Assembly: GCA_963662465.1 (NCBI GenBank)
Contig: OY759599.1
Span: forward strand, 5,984,001 to 6,048,000
Origin: Desulfatiglandales bacterium
GTDB taxonomy: Bacteria > Desulfobacterota > DSM-4660 > Desulfatiglandales > Desulfatiglandaceae
Direction: 5' to 3'
Length of the DNA stretch: 64,000 nucleotides
Part shown: in pieces, positions 60,270 through 64,000 of the stretch
Layout of the letters: every line of letters starts with the position of its first letter
Position numbering within the stretch: the first letter of the stretch is position 1
The notes under the pieces: model-generated
What the model saw: the letters and a program-made list of their open reading frames with translations, nothing else
Told to the model about the DNA's origin: nothing
The model's database searches: none
Position numbers and translations under genes: made by a program

Positions 60270-62276
60270 TTATTCCCCACCAACCCCCTCAAGCCGCAAC
60301 CTAAGGTAGGCTTCCGAAGCTTCCGGGTGTTCCGGGGACAATTCAAGTACCCGCTTATAGGCCTTTACCGCTTTGGGAATTTGGCTTTTCTTTTCGCTGA
60401 GTCGCGCCAGTTGGAGCCAAAGGACCATGTCGTTTGGCTTTTCCTTTAAAATTTCTTCCATCTCATTGATAGCTCGGTTTTCTTTGCCGGTTTTAAGGTA
60501 GGCAAAAATAAGATATTCCCGTAAAAGGATATTTTTCGGATCGACGGCATTGGCCTTTTTCATCACATCGATGATTTCTTGATAGCCCTTCCGGGCCACA
60601 AGAATTTCAAATAATTCCTGGAGCAACGGATCCACTTGACTCCGTTTGTCCCTCAAAAGTTTTTCGATCTCGCTGATCCCCAGATCTACTTTTCCGGCCT
60701 TTAGATATGCTGACGCCAGGTGTTCATTAATCCGGATCTCCTCCGGGTTTTTTTTCAGACCCATTTCAAGAAGGGGGATGAGTTGGGCATATTCGCCTTG
60801 TTTTTTCAGATACTCAAAAACAAAATCGTAGAGGTCCATCTCGTTGGGTTTAAGTTCCAATAAAATCAGTGCCTGCCGGTAGGCAGCAGATGCATTGCTT
60901 TCCTTTCGGTAGATATCAAAGAGGATTTCCGGGGCTGTGGTATCTTCAGGGTGATTTCCGGCATAAGCCTCAAAATAGGGCAGCGCAACCTTCAAGTTTC
61001 CATTTTCGTATTCCAGGACGCTCAGATTGTAAAGCACCGCTTCATTTTTGGGATCAAGCGCAATAATTTTCCCATATACCTGCTTGAGCGCATCGTTATC
61101 CCCCTGCTGCTCCAGGATCTTGGCCATGAGTGCAAGACCACGCTTTGAATCCGGTTTTTTCTTCAGGATCTGGGACAGGTATTGTCGAGACTTTTCAAGG
61201 TTTCCCTTGTCCGCAAGCCTTTTCGCCAGCTTCAACCGTCCCTCGATATCATCGGAATTTAATGTGACCGCATTATCCAGATAAAAATCAGCCTCTTTTT
61301 GCCGTCCCAACCGTTCATATAAATCAGATAGATTATAGTGAAGGTTGGGATCCTTCTGGTCAAGACTCACGGCCGAAAGATAAGTCGAAACGGCTTTTTC
61401 CGCCTGCCCGGCTTTCGTGTAGAGGTAACCGAGGTTTTTATATAACGGCAGTTGCTTATCGACAGGCGCATGTTCAAGCAGTATTTGATACTCTCTTGCG
61501 GCTTCTTCCCATTCGCCTTTTTGTTCCAGTATTTCAGCAAGCCGTGCCCGTGTTTCAAAATCGTCAGGGTTGTGTTTGATTAATTCCCTCAGAACATCAA
61601 CCATTCCGTTTTGGTTCTTCAGAACGATGTAGCCCGCCAGAAGCTTCTTCAGTATTTCGGGGTCTTTTTTTTCAGCCGCCCTTTTCTGAAGCATGGGGAC
61701 GGCTTTTTCCCATAGGTTCTGCGCCATGTACTCGCTTAGAAGGCGATCATGGATTCGACTGTCTTCGGGAAGGAGGGCATGTCCTCTTTCAAGGATCGTA
61801 AGCCTCATTTCATCATCAATGATTCGGCTGGCTTTTTCCAGCCAGTCCTCTGTATAGGGCTGAATAATCCACGTAAGATATCCGATTTCCCGATTCAGGT
61901 GTTTGACTTGAATTTTAAAGTGGTAACGCTGAAAAGCATCTTTTTCGGGCAACAGCTCGGAGAGGGTTGTGTTATCGTATTGCAGCGCATTGACGTCAAG
62001 CCCTTTGCAGACGAGGCGGATATCCATGTTAAAGGGAATGTTTGTGGAAATGTCGGTAATTTCCAGCCTGTCCTTGGGGCGCAGGGAAAGGGTTTCTCCT
62101 GACAAAAGTTTAAGGGGACGGCCATTGACATTCATCAACAGGTAATTCAAGCGAGGGGCCTGGGAATGCTGCCGCCACAACCACCCGCCTAAAGCGGAAA
62201 TGCTCAGCACTAAAAAGGTGAATAGCCAGAAGAGCAGTCTGCGGCGCGCTCTTTTTTTTCTGCGATTTTCCAGCAA
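60270..62276 (-). CDS. Membrane-anchored multi-TPR protein
   Basis: Basic N-terminus, one TM helix, many TPRs. Confidence 0.82.
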   Translation of the reverse strand: MLENRRKKRARRRLLFWLFTFLVLSISALGGWLWRQHSQAPRLNYLLMNVNGRPLKLLSGETLSLRPKDRLEITDISTNIPFNMDIRLVCKGLDVNALQYDNTTLSELLPEKDAFQRYHFKIQVKHLNREIGYLTWIIQPYTEDWLEKASRIIDDEMRLTILERGHALLPEDSRIHDRLLSEYMAQNLWEKAVPMLQKRAAEKKDPEILKKLLAGYIVLKNQNGMVDVLRELIKHNPDDFETRARLAEILEQKGEWEEAAREYQILLEHAPVDKQLPLYKNLGYLYTKAGQAEKAVSTYLSAVSLDQKDPNLHYNLSDLYERLGRQKEADFYLDNAVTLNSDDIEGRLKLAKRLADKGNLEKSRQYLSQILKKKPDSKRGLALMAKILEQQGDNDALKQVYGKIIALDPKNEAVLYNLSVLEYENGNLKVALPYFEAYAGNHPEDTTAPEILFDIYRKESNASAAYRQALILLELKPNEMDLYDFVFEYLKKQGEYAQLIPLLEMGLKKNPEEIRINEHLASAYLKAGKVDLGISEIEKLLRDKRSQVDPLLQELFEILVARKGYQEIIDVMKKANAVDPKNILLREYLIFAYLKTGKENRAINEMEEILKEKPNDMVLWLQLARLSEKKSQIPKAVKAYKRVLELSPEHPEASEAYLRLRLEGVGGE

Positions 62277-62389
62277 TGGACAACCTCAAAGCGTCGATCT
62301 TAAGCGAATGGAACTTGCGAAGAGACCGACCATAAATCACGACTTTGACATAACCTGAGGCTGTTAATGTCGCATTAGCGGCACTGGTT

Positions 62390-63451
62390 TTATGCCGACA
62401 CTTTTTTTTTCGTCCTTTTTCCGAACTTTCCTTCCCAAATTAAAAGGATGGGACTGGCCACGAAAACAGAGGAATAGGTTCCCACAATCACTCCCACCAA
62501 CAACGCGAAGGCAAAGTCATGTATGACGCCGCCGCCCAGAACAAAAAGGGCAATGATGACGATCAGCGTGGTACCAGACGTCAAGATGGTTCGACTAAGG
62601 GTTTCATTGATGCTCATATTCATGGTTTCTTCAAAAGGTTTTCGCCTGAAGCGCCTCAGATTTTCCCGAATTCGGTCAAAGACAATAATCGTGTCATTGA
62701 GCGAATACCCCACAATGGTCAAAAATGCCGCAATAATGGAAAGAGAGAGCTCCCTTTCCGTCAAGGCAAAAAAGCCCATGGTAATGATGACATCGTGCAT
62801 GAGCGCAATGATGGCCCCTAAAGCGTATTTGAGGTTCAAAAACAAGCACAGGGCAAGGGTTACCATAAGGGCAATCAGAATGAGCCAGGTGACGCTGATG
62901 CCGATTTCCGAGGTGACGTAAACCACAAAAGCCAGACTTATGGCCATGATGATGCTCATTAGCCATTTCAGCTCAAATCGTCCTGAGATATAGATGGCAA
63001 TGAAGAGGATTGAATAGAAAATGGCAAAGAGGGCCTTTTGACGCAGGTCTTTGCCCACTTTTGGCCCGACCATTTCAACCCGCCGGATGTCAACGTTTGC
63101 GCCGAATGTGGTTTTTAATGCCTGCGCAACCCGGTCGCCCAGGTTTGCCATTTCAACTTCCGTATTTCGAATTCGAATGAGATACTCAAATTGTCCGGCT
63201 TCACCGAATTGCTGAACAATGCTGTCGTCGAGATTAACGGCGCCGAGGGCTTTTTTGATTTCGGAAGGAGACGTTTTTTGTGCCATTTTAACTTGAACGA
63301 GTACGCCTCCGGAAAAATCCACACCATAGTTCGGCCCTCCCCGCCACAAAAGCAACAGGATGGTGGCAAGAATCATTAAACCGGAAAAAGCGAAGGCGAT
63401 TTTTCGCTTTCCAATGAAATCGATGTTAATTCCGGGTTTTATAAATTGCAT
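62390..63451 (-). CDS. secF: Protein translocase subunit SecF
   Basis: GVDFSGG, VGPKVG, GYSLNDTIIVFDRIRE, GTYSS. Confidence 0.97.
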   Translation of the reverse strand: MQFIKPGINIDFIGKRKIAFAFSGLMILATILLLLWRGGPNYGVDFSGGVLVQVKMAQKTSPSEIKKALGAVNLDDSIVQQFGEAGQFEYLIRIRNTEVEMANLGDRVAQALKTTFGANVDIRRVEMVGPKVGKDLRQKALFAIFYSILFIAIYISGRFELKWLMSIIMAISLAFVVYVTSEIGISVTWLILIALMVTLALCLFLNLKYALGAIIALMHDVIITMGFFALTERELSLSIIAAFLTIVGYSLNDTIIVFDRIRENLRRFRRKPFEETMNMSINETLSRTILTSGTTLIVIIALFVLGGGVIHDFAFALLVGVIVGTYSSVFVASPILLIWEGKFGKRTKKKVSA

Positions 63452-63549
63452 TGAATAACTCCAAATGAAAGTTGGTAATCAGGCCATGGGTGCCAGGCTA
63501 TGGGCAATGGGCAGCCCATAGCCTATCGCCCATAGCCTATAAGCCCATT

Positions 63550-64000
63550 TTATATGCTCAATTTCTTCATGTTGCGTTTCACATACAGGTAATCAAAGAT
63601 GATCCGCGTAAAAAAGATGGCCGTGAAAAGACTGGCCACAATGCCGATACTGAGGGTCACGGCAAACCCGCGAACCGGTCCCGTTCCAAACTGAAAGAGG
63701 ACCAGAGCAACGATCAGGGTTGTCAGTTGGGCATCCAGGATCGTCACCATCGCTTTGGCATAGCCACCTTCAATGGCGGCCCTGGGGGGTTTCCCAAGCC
63801 GGAGTTCCTCCCGAATCCGCTCAAATATCAAGACATTGGCATCAACCGACATGCCGATAGTCAGGATAATGCCCGCAATTCCGGGAAGCGTCAGAGTTGC
63901 GCTGAAAAAGGCGAGTCCCGCCATAATGAAAAGTATGTTCAACAGGAGCGCCAGATCCGCGATGGCGCCGGAAAGTCCATAATAAATGATCATAAAGAAA
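63550..64000 (-). CDS. secD: Protein translocase subunit SecD (3' part; starts beyond the window)
   Basis: [35 protein letters not shown]. Confidence 0.96.
   Translation of the reverse strand, partial: FFMIIYYGLSGAIADLALLLNILFIMAGLAFFSATLTLPGIAGIILTIGMSVDANVLIFERIREELRLGKPPRAAIEGGYAKAMVTILDAQLTTLIVALVLFQFGTGPVRGFAVTLSIGIVASLFTAIFFTRIIFDYLYVKRNMKKLSI

Overview
Chromosomal window from a sulfate-reducing Desulfobacterota-type bacterium (taxon inferred from gene content). Its core is an energy-metabolism supercluster: FdhE, a selenocysteine formate dehydrogenase (FdnG/H), a periplasmic [NiFe] hydrogenase with maturation genes, tetraheme cytochrome c3, ferredoxin, dsrTMKJOP and DsbD. Around it are housekeeping genes (hom, apgM, adk, folD, iorAB, secDF) and two tRNA-Pro genes. 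Two accessory loci stand out. (1) At 9808-11650, two ORFs split in the ORF track are one in-frame gene with an internal UGA followed by a bacterial-type SECIS hairpin. This is a probable 446-aa, 11-heme selenocysteine cytochrome c, followed by an exported rhodanese, and the cassette is bracketed by a ~170-bp imperfect direct repeat. (2) At 36782-42845, just 3' of tRNA-Pro(TGG) and an att-like IHF site, is a five-gene specialised Hsp70 operon: Zn-ribbon Hsp70, Zn-ribbon/TM/LysM protein, TPR protein, HPD-less J-like protein and GrpE-like protein. The window also holds gene remnants (RhuM, type III Res, adenine deaminase), a MITE carrying a REP doublet, and heptamer repeat arrays. All calls come from reading motifs by eye; no database searches were run.
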